NCBI GenBank assembly: GCA_902796355.1
Contig: CADBOU010000101.1
Location: forward strand, 1 to 55,672
Direction: 5' to 3'
Source: an uncultured Lachnospiraceae bacterium
GTDB taxonomy: Bacteria; Bacillota; Clostridia; Lachnospirales; Lachnospiraceae
DNA length: 55,672 nt
The position numbers and the translations under genes were made by a program. The notes under the pieces were generated by a model. The model was not told the origin of the DNA, made no database searches, and worked only from the letters and a program-made list of their open reading frames with translations. This document shows positions 9,288 through 18,491 of this stretch, in pieces. Every line of letters starts with the position of its first letter. Position 1 is the first letter of the stretch.

Positions 9288-10487
9288 ATGTCATTAGCGT
9301 TATCAAAGAAAGCAACTCAGGTGAAGCCGTCTTCAACATTGGCTATCACTGCAAAGGCAAAAGCAATGAAAGCAGAAGGCATCGATATTGTCGGTTTCGG
9401 AGCAGGAGAACCTGATTTCGATACACCTGATAATATTAAAGATGCCGCCAAAAAAGCTCTTGACGACGGTTTTACAAAATACACACCGGCTGGTGGTACA
9501 GTTGAGCTCAAGAAAGCTGTCTGCAAAAAGTTTAAAGAGCGCAACAATCTTGACTATGCTCCTGAACAGATTGTCATCTCTAACGGTGGAAAGCACTCTC
9601 TTTGCAATGTGTTCCAGGCAATCATCAATCCGGGCGATGAAGTCATCATCCCGGCTCCTTACTGGTTGACATATCCTGAGACAGTAAAGCTTTGTGATGG
9701 CGTACCGGTTTATATCAAGACAGATGCATCTACTGGTTATAAAGTGACTGCAGAGCAGATTGAAGCAGCGTGCACAGCCAACACAAAGGCCCTTATTCTC
9801 TGTACACCAAGTAATCCGACTGGTATGGTTTATTCAAAGGAAGAGCTTGAGGCAATTGCAAAAGTTGCTGTAGAGAAGGATTTCTATGTTGTCGCTGATG
9901 AAATGTATGAATACCTTGTATATGAAGGCGCTAAGCATGTCAGCATCGCTTCCCTCGGCGAAGAGATCTACAAGAGGACGATCACATGCAGCGGCCTTTC
10001 CAAGAGCTATGCAATGACAGGCTGGAGACTTGGATTTACAGCCACACCGGTTGAGATCGCCAAGGTTATGGGTTCGGTACAGAGCCATCAGACATCTAAC
10101 GTTAACTCCATTACACAGAAGGCTGCTGTTGAGGCACTGAACGGCCCGCAGGATAAGGTTGAGGAGATGCGTCAGTCATTTGAGAGACGCCGCAATCTGA
10201 TGGGCGAGCTTCTTGATGAGGTTAAATATATTTCCTATGTCAAGCCGCAGGGTGCTTTCTATTATTTCGTAGATATGTCCGGTGCTTTCGGCAAAGAGTA
10301 TAACGGAAAGAAGATTGAGTCAGCAGCTGATGCTGCAGCTATTCTTATCGAAGACTATCATGTCGTCATCGTTCCGTGCGCAGACTTCGGTGCTCCGGAG
10401 TGCTTCCGTCTTTCTTATGCCATTTCTGATGATGATATCAAGAAAGGCCTTGGCCGCCTGAAGACATTCTTTGATGATTTGAAGTAA
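9288..10487 (+). CDS. aspC: Aspartate/aromatic-type class I PLP aminotransferase
   Basis: About 399 aa. PLP-lysine motif SKSYAMTGWRLG and the typical NPTG motif. ATG 9288 behind AAAGGAGAG is preferred to 9252. Confidence 0.85.
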   Translation: MSLALSKKATQVKPSSTLAITAKAKAMKAEGIDIVGFGAGEPDFDTPDNIKDAAKKALDDGFTKYTPAGGTVELKKAVCKKFKERNNLDYAPEQIVISNGGKHSLCNVFQAIINPGDEVIIPAPYWLTYPETVKLCDGVPVYIKTDASTGYKVTAEQIEAACTANTKALILCTPSNPTGMVYSKEELEAIAKVAVEKDFYVVADEMYEYLVYEGAKHVSIASLGEEIYKRTITCSGLSKSYAMTGWRLGFTATPVEIAKVMGSVQSHQTSNVNSITQKAAVEALNGPQDKVEEMRQSFERRRNLMGELLDEVKYISYVKPQGAFYYFVDMSGAFGKEYNGKKIESAADAAAILIEDYHVVIVPCADFGAPECFRLSYAISDDDIKKGLGRLKTFFDDLK

Positions 10488-10521
10488 TTCATTCAATCTA
10501 TTATCTGTATGATCAGATTGA

Positions 10522-10554
10522 GAGACCGCAGCATCAGCTGCGGTTTCTTGTTTT
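10522..10554 (+). terminator. rho-independent terminator after the aminotransferase gene
   Basis: GAGACCGCAGC-atca-GCTGCGGTTTC followed by TTGTTTT. Confidence 0.7.
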
Positions 10555-10631
10555 ATCATCCAAGTTTACCGGCAAATTGTGTCAAACTGATCTGTGATCG
10601 GGTTAAACTACCGCATATATATAAAAACCTG

Positions 10632-10660
10632 TTGACACCGCCTTCAGGCGGTGTTATATT
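10632..10660 (+). promoter_or_regulatory. Putative sigma-A promoter of the iscR-nifS-iscU-mnmA operon
   Basis: TTGACA (10632-10637), 17-nt spacer, extended -10 TGTTATATT (-10 hexamer at 10655-10660). The spacer contains the small palindrome CCGCCttcaGGCGG. Confidence 0.5.
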
Positions 10661-10760
10661 GTCGTAGGGAATAAATTACAAGTATTTTAGTAGTATTTAA
10701 AATAATAGGAATTAAATCAGTTTCAATTAGATACTGCTCAAAAGGACGGGTATAGAGACT

Positions 10761-11216
10761 ATGAAAATGTCAACAAAAGGACGCTATGGGTTAAGAGCGA
10801 TGATTGAGCTGGCTTCGTATGACAATCATCAGCCTGTTGCTCTGTCGGTCATAGCCCGCAGCGAGGAGATTTCAGAACGTTATCTGGAGCAGCTGATGAC
10901 AAAGATGAAAAAAGCAGGGCTCGTAACCAGTTGCCGCGGTTCAGCAGGTGGATATTCGCTGGCTAAAGATTCAAGAGATATTTCTGTCGGGGATATCTTG
11001 AGGGCTGTGGAAGGCAATTTAAATCCCGTGGACTGCTCGGTTGACGGAGAAGCCTCCTGTGAAAACTCCGGGGCCTGTGTTGCAAAATACGTCTGGCAGA
11101 AAGTAAATGACAGCATTAATTCTGCGGTTGACAGCATTTCGCTTTACGAGCTTGTCGAAAAGATTCCTGAAGATGTAGAAAAACAGGGCAGTTCTGCCTG
11201 CGCCTGTCAGAATTGA
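10761..11216 (+). CDS. iscR: Rrf2-family transcriptional regulator, IscR-like (Fe-S cluster ligating type)
   Basis: N-terminal wHTH (MKMSTKGRYGLRAM ...). Three Cys spaced C-x7-C-x5-C (DCSVDGEASCENSGAC). Sits directly upstream of the cysteine desulfurase and scaffold genes. Confidence 0.85.
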   Translation: MKMSTKGRYGLRAMIELASYDNHQPVALSVIARSEEISERYLEQLMTKMKKAGLVTSCRGSAGGYSLAKDSRDISVGDILRAVEGNLNPVDCSVDGEASCENSGACVAKYVWQKVNDSINSAVDSISLYELVEKIPEDVEKQGSSACACQN

Positions 11217-11274
11217 TCACATCAGCGGGTGCATGATGCGCTTGCCCTAACAATATGATAAAGGAGATATGGTA

Positions 11275-12465
11275 ATGAGTAAAATGGTTTATCTTGATAA
11301 CGCTGCGACGACTAAGACTTCTGCGGAAGTTGTGGAGGCGATGCTTCCGTACTTTACTGAGTATTATGGCAACCCGTCAAGTCTCTACGGGTTTGCATCC
11401 CATAATAAAGATGCCATCAGCAAGGCACGCAAGACGATAGCAGATACAATCGGCGCTAAAGAAAAAGAGATTTATTTTACAGCAGGCGGATCCGCTTCTG
11501 ATAACTGGGCTCTTAAAGCGACTGCCGATCTGCTCGGAGAGAAGAAGGGGAAGCATATCATCACCAGTAAGATAGAGCATCACGCAATCATGCATACTTG
11601 CGATTATCTTGCCAAGAAAGGATATGAAATCACATATATTGACGTTGATGAGAATGGAGTTATTAAGCTGGATGAACTTAAGGAGGCCATCAGACCAGAT
11701 ACCATTCTGATTTCAGTTATGTTTGCCAACAATGAAATCGGAACCATTCAGCCAATCAAAGAAATCGGAGCAATAGCTCATGAACATGGAATTTTATTCC
11801 ATACAGATGCAGTGCAGGCTTACAGCCATATTCCGATCAATGTTGATGAATACAATATTGATATGATGAGTGCAAGCGGTCATAAGTTTTACGGGCCGAA
11901 AGGGATTGGCTTCCTCTATATCCGTACCGGGGTCAAGATCGGATCATTTGTCCACGGCGGCGCACAGGAGAGAAAACGCCGTGCCGGAACAGAGAATGTA
12001 CCGGGGATTATCGGCATTGCAAAAGCCGCACAGATTGCTCATGAGCACATGAGCGAGTGGAACGACAAAGAGATTGCTATGCGTGATCACCTGATTGACC
12101 GTATTCTCGATGAGATTCCATACAGCCGGCTCAACGGTGGACGCGACAATCGTCTTCCCAACAATGCCAATTTCAGTTTTCAGTTTGTCGAAGGAGAGTC
12201 AATGCTCATCATGCTTGATATGAAGGGGATCTGCGCATCCAGCGGATCTGCCTGTGCGTCCGGATCGCTGGATCCGTCACATGTCTTGCTTGGTATCGGC
12301 CTGCCTCATGAGATTGCTCACGGGTCGGTCCGGTTGACTTTGTCGGATGAGACGACAATGGAAGATATCGACTACACTGTCGATGCGCTTAAGGAGATTG
12401 TTGCACAGCTGCGCAGCATGTCTCCGCTCTATGAAGACTTTGTCAAAAAACAGAATAACAAGTGA
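11275..12465 (+). CDS. nifS: Cysteine desulfurase (NifS/IscS type)
   Basis: PLP-lysine motif SASGHKFYGPKG and active-site loop SSGSACASG. ATG 11275 lies 8 nt after AAAGGAG; ATG 11269 and 11284 are possible alternatives. Confidence 0.9.
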   Translation: MSKMVYLDNAATTKTSAEVVEAMLPYFTEYYGNPSSLYGFASHNKDAISKARKTIADTIGAKEKEIYFTAGGSASDNWALKATADLLGEKKGKHIITSKIEHHAIMHTCDYLAKKGYEITYIDVDENGVIKLDELKEAIRPDTILISVMFANNEIGTIQPIKEIGAIAHEHGILFHTDAVQAYSHIPINVDEYNIDMMSASGHKFYGPKGIGFLYIRTGVKIGSFVHGGAQERKRRAGTENVPGIIGIAKAAQIAHEHMSEWNDKEIAMRDHLIDRILDEIPYSRLNGGRDNRLPNNANFSFQFVEGESMLIMLDMKGICASSGSACASGSLDPSHVLLGIGLPHEIAHGSVRLTLSDETTMEDIDYTVDALKEIVAQLRSMSPLYEDFVKKQNNK

Positions 12466-12487
12466 GTTATGGTACAGGAGGAATAAT

Positions 12488-12925
12488 ATGTATTCAGAAA
12501 AAGTAATGGATCATTTCCAGAATCCGAGAAACGTTGGCGAGATCGAAAATGCAAGCGGTGTAGGCACAGTTGGTAATGCCAAGTGCGGAGATATCATGCG
12601 TATGTATCTCGATATTGATGATAACGGCATCATCCAGGATTGTAAGTTTAAGACATTTGGCTGCGGTGCGGCTGTAGCAACCAGCAGTATGGCTACAGAA
12701 TTAGTCAAAGGAAAGACTATTCAGCAGGCGTTGGAAGTGACAAACAAGGCAGTGATGGAAGCTCTTGATGGACTTCCTCCCATCAAAATCCATTGTTCAC
12801 TTCTTGCTGAAGAGGCAATTCATGCTGCACTGTGGGATTATGCTGAGAAAAACGGGATTAAGATTGAGGGACTCTCAAAACCCAAAAGCGATATCAGCGA
12901 AGATGAGGAAGAAGAGGAATACTAA
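12488..12925 (+). CDS. iscU: Fe-S cluster assembly scaffold IscU/NifU
   Basis: Three cluster-ligand cysteines in GNAKCGD, FGCGAA and IHCS. ATG 12488 sits behind CAGGAGGA. The track start at 12347 lies inside nifS. Confidence 0.9.
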   Translation: MYSEKVMDHFQNPRNVGEIENASGVGTVGNAKCGDIMRMYLDIDDNGIIQDCKFKTFGCGAAVATSSMATELVKGKTIQQALEVTNKAVMEALDGLPPIKIHCSLLAEEAIHAALWDYAEKNGIKIEGLSKPKSDISEDEEEEEY

Positions 12926-14014
12926 TTGACGGCATCAAAGGGAAAAGTCGTTGTCGGCATGTCCGGCGGCGTAGATTCCTCAGTTGCAGCCCTGCTCCTT
13001 AGAGAACAGGGCTATGACGTCATCGGTGTTACAATGGAAATATGGCCGCAGACGGATCCTTGTGTGATCGAGCATGAGGGCGGTTGCTGCGGCCTTAGTG
13101 CCGTTGAAGACGCAAAAAAGGTCGCATCCGTGATCGGCATTCCTCATTATGTGATGAATTTTCGTCAAGAGTTCGAAAACAGTGTCATTGCTGATTTTGT
13201 CAGTGAGTATCGCAGGGGGCGCACTCCTAATCCCTGTATTGTCTGTAATCGTGTTGTCAAATGGGAAGCTCTTTTACATAAAGCCTTGTCTATAGGCGCT
13301 GACTATATTGCAACAGGGCATTACGCTTTGATTGAGCAAACTGAAAATGGACGGTTTGCTTTAAAAAGATCGGACAATCATAAAGATCAGACCTATGCAC
13401 TATACACACTAACGCAAGAGCAGCTGATTCATACCTTGATGCCGGTTGGACATTATAATAAAGATAAAATCAGAAAGATTGCTGAAAAGGCAGGTCTTCC
13501 GGTAGCTGAAAAGCCCGACAGTCAGGATATATGTTTTGTTCCTGACGGGGATTACGCCCGTTTTATCAGTGAATATACAGAGACTGAGGATGTACCGGGA
13601 AATTTTGTCACCGAGGATGGGATAGTCCTGGGACAACACAAAGGAATTGTTCATTATACGGTCGGCCAGAGGAAAGGGTTAGGACTATCGCTCGGGAAGC
13701 CGTCCTACGTGCGCGAGATTCGTCCTGAGACACATGAAGTGGTTGTGGGAGATGATAAATACAGTACGGAAGTGAAAGCGTCTGATCCGTGTTTTATGGC
13801 TTTGGAAAGCCTTCCGGAAAGACGTGAGCGAGGGATGCGCGTCATAGCCAAGATCCGATACAATCACAGGGGAGCAAATGCTCTTGCTTATATGAGCAGT
13901 CATAATGAAATAACCTGTATATTTGATGAACCGCAGAGAGCGGTCACACCGGGCCAGTCATTAGTTCTGTATGATACTTCCGGTTATGTTCTGGGGGGCG
14001 GCATAATACAATAA
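12926..14014 (+). CDS. mnmA: tRNA 2-thiouridine(34) synthase MnmA
   Basis: PP-loop VGMSGGVDSSV and catalytic Cys motif NPCIVCN. TTG start immediately after the iscU stop. Confidence 0.9.
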   Translation: MTASKGKVVVGMSGGVDSSVAALLLREQGYDVIGVTMEIWPQTDPCVIEHEGGCCGLSAVEDAKKVASVIGIPHYVMNFRQEFENSVIADFVSEYRRGRTPNPCIVCNRVVKWEALLHKALSIGADYIATGHYALIEQTENGRFALKRSDNHKDQTYALYTLTQEQLIHTLMPVGHYNKDKIRKIAEKAGLPVAEKPDSQDICFVPDGDYARFISEYTETEDVPGNFVTEDGIVLGQHKGIVHYTVGQRKGLGLSLGKPSYVREIRPETHEVVVGDDKYSTEVKASDPCFMALESLPERRERGMRVIAKIRYNHRGANALAYMSSHNEITCIFDEPQRAVTPGQSLVLYDTSGYVLGGGIIQ

Positions 14015-14046
14015 AAGACCCTGGCAGTTTTGCCAGGGCCCTTTAT
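14015..14046. terminator. Bidirectional terminator between convergent mnmA and the GAPDH paralog
   Basis: AAAAGA-CCCTGGCA-gttt-TGCCAGGG-CCCTTTATT: an 8-bp GC-rich stem with A-rich and T-rich flanks. Confidence 0.6.
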
Positions 14047-14054
14047 TGTAATAC

Positions 14055-15182
14055 TTATTGTTTTTTTGCTTTCAAGACAGCCTCTTGCGCAGCGGCAGCT
14101 TCACGTTTGGAGGCAATGGATGAAAGAGGCTCTTTAACCTTTTGTCCTGCCTGTTTAACTGCTTTATTTGTTTTGATGACATGTTCTGTCAAATCAATCA
14201 CTTTATTGGCATAACCCCACTCATTATCGTACCAGGCAATCAGTTTAACAAAACTGTCATCGAGCATAATGCCGGCTTTCTCATCAAAGATACAGGTGTT
14301 GTAATTACCACGCAGGTCTCCTGATACCAGTTCGTCATGATTATACTCGATGATTCCTTTCATGGTAGTCTCGGATGCCTTTTTAATCTCAGCACAGATC
14401 TCCTCATATGTCGTCTTTGTCTTGAGCTGGGCTGTCAAATCAACGACAGAGACATCATTACAGGGTACACGGAAGCTCATGCCTGTCATCTTGCCCTTAA
14501 GTTCCGGGATTACGAGTCCGACAGCTTTTGCAGCACCGGTAGTCGATGGAATGATATTGTTGAACACAGAACGGCCTGTCCGCCAGTCACGTCCTCCGTT
14601 GGAGTCAACAGGCTTTTGTTTGGATGTAGACGCGTGGATAGTCGACATTAATGCCTTTTCAATTCCGAAGGCGTCGTTGACAACCTTGGTAAGCGGTGCC
14701 AGACAGTTTGTGGTACAGCTGGCGTTGGAGACAACGGTCATTGTAGCTGGATCATACTCCTCATGATTGACACCCATGACAAAAGTCGGAATATCATCAG
14801 ATTTGCCGGGTGCAGTCAGGATGACCCGTTTGACGCCGCCGATAAAATGCCTGCAGCAAGCCATGCGTGTCAGGAACTTACCGGTTGCTTCAATGACATA
14901 CTCTGCACCGCAGGACCACCACTTGATATCAGCCGGATCATCCTCTGAAAACACTTTAATATCTTTGCCGTTTATACGGATGCCTTCTTTTGTCGCTTCA
15001 ACCTCGCCGTTAAAGCGTCCGAACACTGAATCATATTCAACCTGATAAGCCATGCGCTCATGGTTTGCATTGTGCAGATTGATACCGACGATTTCAATGT
15101 CCGTATCGCGCAGTTCAAGGCTGCGGAGTATGATGCGGGCGATACGTCCGAATCCGTTGATCCCAACTTTATACTTGCTCAT
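14055..15182 (-). CDS. Glyceraldehyde-3-phosphate dehydrogenase paralog (GapB-like?) with a C-terminal extension
   Basis: 375 aa. Retains the catalytic SNASCTTNCLAP, His in TIHAS, STTGAAKAVG and WYDNEWGY. The NAD-fold motif reads GFGRIARI. The residue after IN is Leu instead of the usual Asp (INL vs IND). A 40-aa Lys/Ala-rich tail extends beyond the normal C-terminus. Confidence 0.85.
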   Translation of the reverse strand: MSKYKVGINGFGRIARIILRSLELRDTDIEIVGINLHNANHERMAYQVEYDSVFGRFNGEVEATKEGIRINGKDIKVFSEDDPADIKWWSCGAEYVIEATGKFLTRMACCRHFIGGVKRVILTAPGKSDDIPTFVMGVNHEEYDPATMTVVSNASCTTNCLAPLTKVVNDAFGIEKALMSTIHASTSKQKPVDSNGGRDWRTGRSVFNNIIPSTTGAAKAVGLVIPELKGKMTGMSFRVPCNDVSVVDLTAQLKTKTTYEEICAEIKKASETTMKGIIEYNHDELVSGDLRGNYNTCIFDEKAGIMLDDSFVKLIAWYDNEWGYANKVIDLTEHVIKTNKAVKQAGQKVKEPLSSIASKREAAAAQEAVLKAKKQ

Positions 15183-15229
15183 TTTTTATTCTCTCCTTTC
15201 ACAAAAACAATAAGTGGCTTTTCATATTT

Positions 15230-15258
15230 ATTATACAATAATTATCTGGTATTATCAG
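15230..15258 (-). promoter_or_regulatory. Putative promoter of the GAPDH paralog
   Basis: On the minus strand: CTGATA (15253-15258), 17 nt, TATAAT (15230-15235). Confidence 0.3.
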
Positions 15259-15325
15259 GCGAATGGCTATAATTCTTCGTTTACTTATTAACAAGAAACA
15301 AACAAATTAAATGATATGTTTATAC

Positions 15326-15354
15326 TTGTTAATCATATAACTGAGTGATAGAAT
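15326..15354 (+). promoter_or_regulatory. Putative sigma-A promoter of gap-pgk-tpiA
   Basis: TTGTTA (15326-15331), 17 nt, extended -10 TGATAGAAT (-10 hexamer at 15349-15354). Confidence 0.45.
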
Positions 15355-15406
15355 ATACACAAGTATTAAGGAGCTAAAGTAAATATATATAAGCAGGAGG
15401 TATCAT

Positions 15407-16414
15407 ATGGCAATTAGAGTAGCAATTAACGGATTTGGACGTATCGGACGTTTGGCCTTCAGACAACTGTATGCTGCAGAAGGATATGAGATTGTTGCAA
15501 TCAATGATCTGACAAGCCCTGAGATGATGGCATATCTTCTCAAGTATGATTCATGCCAGAAAAAGTTCGACGATTATGATAAAGTCAGCTATGATGAAAA
15601 CAATATTATCGTAGATGGCCATAAGATTCCGATTTATGCCTTCAAAGATGCATCTGAGTGTCCTTGGGGCGAGCTGGATGTCTATGCTGTTATTGAAAGC
15701 ACAGGATTCTATACATCAAAAGAAAAATCGATGGCGCACATTAAAGCCGGCGCTAAGAAAGTCATTATTTCTGCCCCTGCCGGAAACGATCTTAAGACGA
15801 TTGTTTACAATGTTAACCATGACACACTCACGGCAGATGATCAGATTGTTTCTGCAGCGTCCTGCACGACAAACTGTCTGGCTCCGATGGCCAAAGCGCT
15901 CAACGATTTTGCACCGATCAAGAGCGGCATCATGACTACTGTTCATGCTTATACAGGCGATCAGGAGATCCTTGACAAACAGCATGGCAGCAACTTCCGC
16001 CGCTCACGTGCCGGCGCTGTCAATATTGTTCCGACAACAACTGGTGCTGCGAAGGCTGTAGGACTTGTTATTCCGGAACTCAAGGGTAAGCTGATCGGCT
16101 CTGCGCAGCGTGTTCCGGTTCCGACTGGTTCCACTACAATCCTTGTTGCTGTTGTCGAAGGCGACGTGACAGCAGAGCAGGTTAATGAAGCAGTCAAGAA
16201 GTGTGCGAATGAGACGCTCGCCTACAATGAAGAGCCGATCGTCTCCAGCGACATCATCGGCGATACACACGGATCGATCTTTGATGCCACACAGACACTG
16301 TGCAATCCGATCGGTGATGGAACAACAGAGGTTCAGGTAGTTTCATGGTATGACAATGAAGCTTCTTACACGGCTCAGATGATCAGGACAATCAAATATT
16401 TCACTAAGCTGTAA
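15407..16414 (+). CDS. gap: Glyceraldehyde-3-phosphate dehydrogenase (canonical, NAD type)
   Basis: 335 aa. NGFGRIGR, AINDL, SAASCTTNCLAP, TVHAYTGDQ, WYDNE. Strong SD AGGAGG. Confidence 0.95.
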   Translation: MAIRVAINGFGRIGRLAFRQLYAAEGYEIVAINDLTSPEMMAYLLKYDSCQKKFDDYDKVSYDENNIIVDGHKIPIYAFKDASECPWGELDVYAVIESTGFYTSKEKSMAHIKAGAKKVIISAPAGNDLKTIVYNVNHDTLTADDQIVSAASCTTNCLAPMAKALNDFAPIKSGIMTTVHAYTGDQEILDKQHGSNFRRSRAGAVNIVPTTTGAAKAVGLVIPELKGKLIGSAQRVPVPTGSTTILVAVVEGDVTAEQVNEAVKKCANETLAYNEEPIVSSDIIGDTHGSIFDATQTLCNPIGDGTTEVQVVSWYDNEASYTAQMIRTIKYFTKL

Positions 16415-16424
16415 TGATACTTCG

Positions 16425-16458
16425 AAAGGGATTCGGCTTTACGGCCGGGTCCCTTTTT
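16425..16458 (+). terminator. Partial terminator / attenuator between gap and pgk
   Basis: AAAGGGATTCGGC-tttacg-GCCGGGTCCCTTTTT: an imperfect stem with G-U pairs plus a T-run, 38 nt upstream of the pgk start. Confidence 0.45.
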
Positions 16459-16495
16459 GGATACTTTTTTAGTTTTTACAGAAAAAGGAGTATGT

Positions 16496-17689
16496 ATGTT
16501 AAACAAAAAAACAGTTGATGATATTAATGTAAAAGGAAAGCGCGTACTGGTGCGCTGTGATTTCAATGTCCCGCTTGATGACGGGAAAATAACGGATGAC
16601 ACTCGTATCGTGGCTTCACTGCCGACGATCAGAAAGCTGCTGGATGACGGAGGCAAAGTCATTCTCTGTTCACATCTCGGACGTCCGAAAGGAAATCCGG
16701 TTCCTGAAATGTCGCTGGCTCCTGTTGCTGAGCGCTTATCTGAACTTCTTGGCCAGAAAGTGGTATTTGCTGCAGATGATGAAGTGGTAGGAAAAAATGC
16801 AAAGGCGGCGGCAGAGGCACTTAAAGACGGCGAGGCTATGCTGATTGAAAACACCCGCTATCGCGCAGAAGAGACTAAAAACGGCGAAGAGTTCAGCAAA
16901 GAGCTTGCTTCACTCTGCGATATCTATGTCAATGATGCATTTGGAACAGCCCACAGAGCTCATTGCTCAAATGTCGGTGTCACCGAGTATGTGGACACTT
17001 GTGTTGTGGGATATCTGATGAAAAAAGAAATCGATTTTCTTGGAAATGCAGTTGACAATCCTGAGAGACCGTTTGTCGCCATTCTTGGCGGATCCAAGAT
17101 CTCCGGGAAGATCGACGTGATTGACAGACTTTTGGATAAGGTCGACACGCTGCTGATCGGCGGCGCGATGACCTATACATTTGTCAAAGCACAGGGCGGA
17201 TCTATCGGCAGTTCACTGTGTGAGGATGATTATCTTGATTATGCAAAGAAGATGATTCAGAAGGCTCATGACAATAACGTTAATATGATGCTTCCGGTTG
17301 ATGATGTGATTGCGGATGCATTTGATAATAATGCTACGAAAGATACGGCCGAGGCAGGAAAGACGCCTGACGGATGGATGGCTCTGGATATCGGGCCTAA
17401 GACTGCGGCTCTGTATGCAGATGCTGTTAAAGATGCCAAAACAGTCGTATGGAACGGCCCAATGGGCGCTTTTGAGATGGACAATTTTGCAGATGGCACA
17501 CGGGCAGTGGCGCAGGCGCTTGCCGATTGTGATGCCATCACGATCATCGGCGGCGGTGATTCGGCTGCTGCAGTTAATCAGATGGGCTTCTCAGATAAGA
17601 TGACACATATTTCTACAGGCGGCGGCGCTTCGCTTGAGTTTTTGGAAGGCAAAGAGCTCCCGGGTGTAGCTGCAGCGGATGATTTATAA
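16496..17689 (+). CDS. pgk: Phosphoglycerate kinase
   Basis: [27 protein letters not shown] is a typical N-terminus. ATG 16496 sits behind AAAGGAG. The track start at 16457 overlaps the upstream hairpin. Confidence 0.95.
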   Translation: MLNKKTVDDINVKGKRVLVRCDFNVPLDDGKITDDTRIVASLPTIRKLLDDGGKVILCSHLGRPKGNPVPEMSLAPVAERLSELLGQKVVFAADDEVVGKNAKAAAEALKDGEAMLIENTRYRAEETKNGEEFSKELASLCDIYVNDAFGTAHRAHCSNVGVTEYVDTCVVGYLMKKEIDFLGNAVDNPERPFVAILGGSKISGKIDVIDRLLDKVDTLLIGGAMTYTFVKAQGGSIGSSLCEDDYLDYAKKMIQKAHDNNVNMMLPVDDVIADAFDNNATKDTAEAGKTPDGWMALDIGPKTAALYADAVKDAKTVVWNGPMGAFEMDNFADGTRAVAQALADCDAITIIGGGDSAAAVNQMGFSDKMTHISTGGGASLEFLEGKELPGVAAADDL

Positions 17690-17724
17690 TAAGTATCAGT
17701 TATACAGACAGGAGGGATGCTGTT

Positions 17725-18471
17725 ATGGGCAGAAGAAGAATTGTAGCAGGAAACTGGAAGATGAACAAAACACCTTCCGAAGCAGTCGCGTTGGTGGAGG
17801 AACTCAAACCACTGGTAGCTAATGACGAAGTCGATGTCGTCTTTTGTGTACCTGCGATTGATATCGTTCCTGTTGTCAAAGCGGCTGAAGGTACCAACAT
17901 TCAGGTTGGCGCTGAGAATATGTATTTTGAGGACAAAGGTGCTTTCACTGGAGAAATCGCGCCAGGTATGCTAGTAGATGCCGGCGTTAAATATGTAATT
18001 GTCGGTCATTCTGAAAGACGCGAATATTTTAAAGAAACCAATGAAGACATCAACAAGAAGGTGCTGAAGGCATTTGAATATGACCTGATTCCGATTATGT
18101 GTGTCGGTGAATCTCTGGCGCAGAGAGAGCAGGGGATTACGATGGATTTTATCCGCCAGCAGGTTAAAGTTGGCTTATTAGGTGTCAGCGCCGATCAGGC
18201 GGCCAAGATGGTCATTGCCTATGAGCCAATCTGGGCGATTGGTACAGGAAAGACAGCAACAACCGAACAGGCACAGGAGGTATGTGCCGGTATCCGGGCA
18301 TGCGTATGCGAACTGTATGGAAAGGATGTTGCAGAGGCGATGCGCATCCAGTACGGCGGATCTGTCAACACAAAGACAGCCGCTGATCTCTTTGCACAGA
18401 ATGACATAGACGGCGGACTTGTCGGCGGTGCATCACTAAAAGCTGATTTTGGCGAAATTGTCAATGCCTGA
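17725..18471 (+). CDS. tpiA: Triosephosphate isomerase
   Basis: AGNWKMN, VGHSERR and [10 protein letters not shown] motifs. 248 aa. Confidence 0.95.
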   Translation: MGRRRIVAGNWKMNKTPSEAVALVEELKPLVANDEVDVVFCVPAIDIVPVVKAAEGTNIQVGAENMYFEDKGAFTGEIAPGMLVDAGVKYVIVGHSERREYFKETNEDINKKVLKAFEYDLIPIMCVGESLAQREQGITMDFIRQQVKVGLLGVSADQAAKMVIAYEPIWAIGTGKTATTEQAQEVCAGIRACVCELYGKDVAEAMRIQYGGSVNTKTAADLFAQNDIDGGLVGGASLKADFGEIVNA

Positions 18472-18491
18472 TTGCTGATAGGAGGTAGAGA

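Noticed and set aside
12878-12925. Acidic C-terminal tail of IscU (SKPKSDISEDEEEEEY)
   Set aside because: It is a short low-complexity extension, probably a lineage-specific decoration. Nothing in the sequence suggests a separate function.
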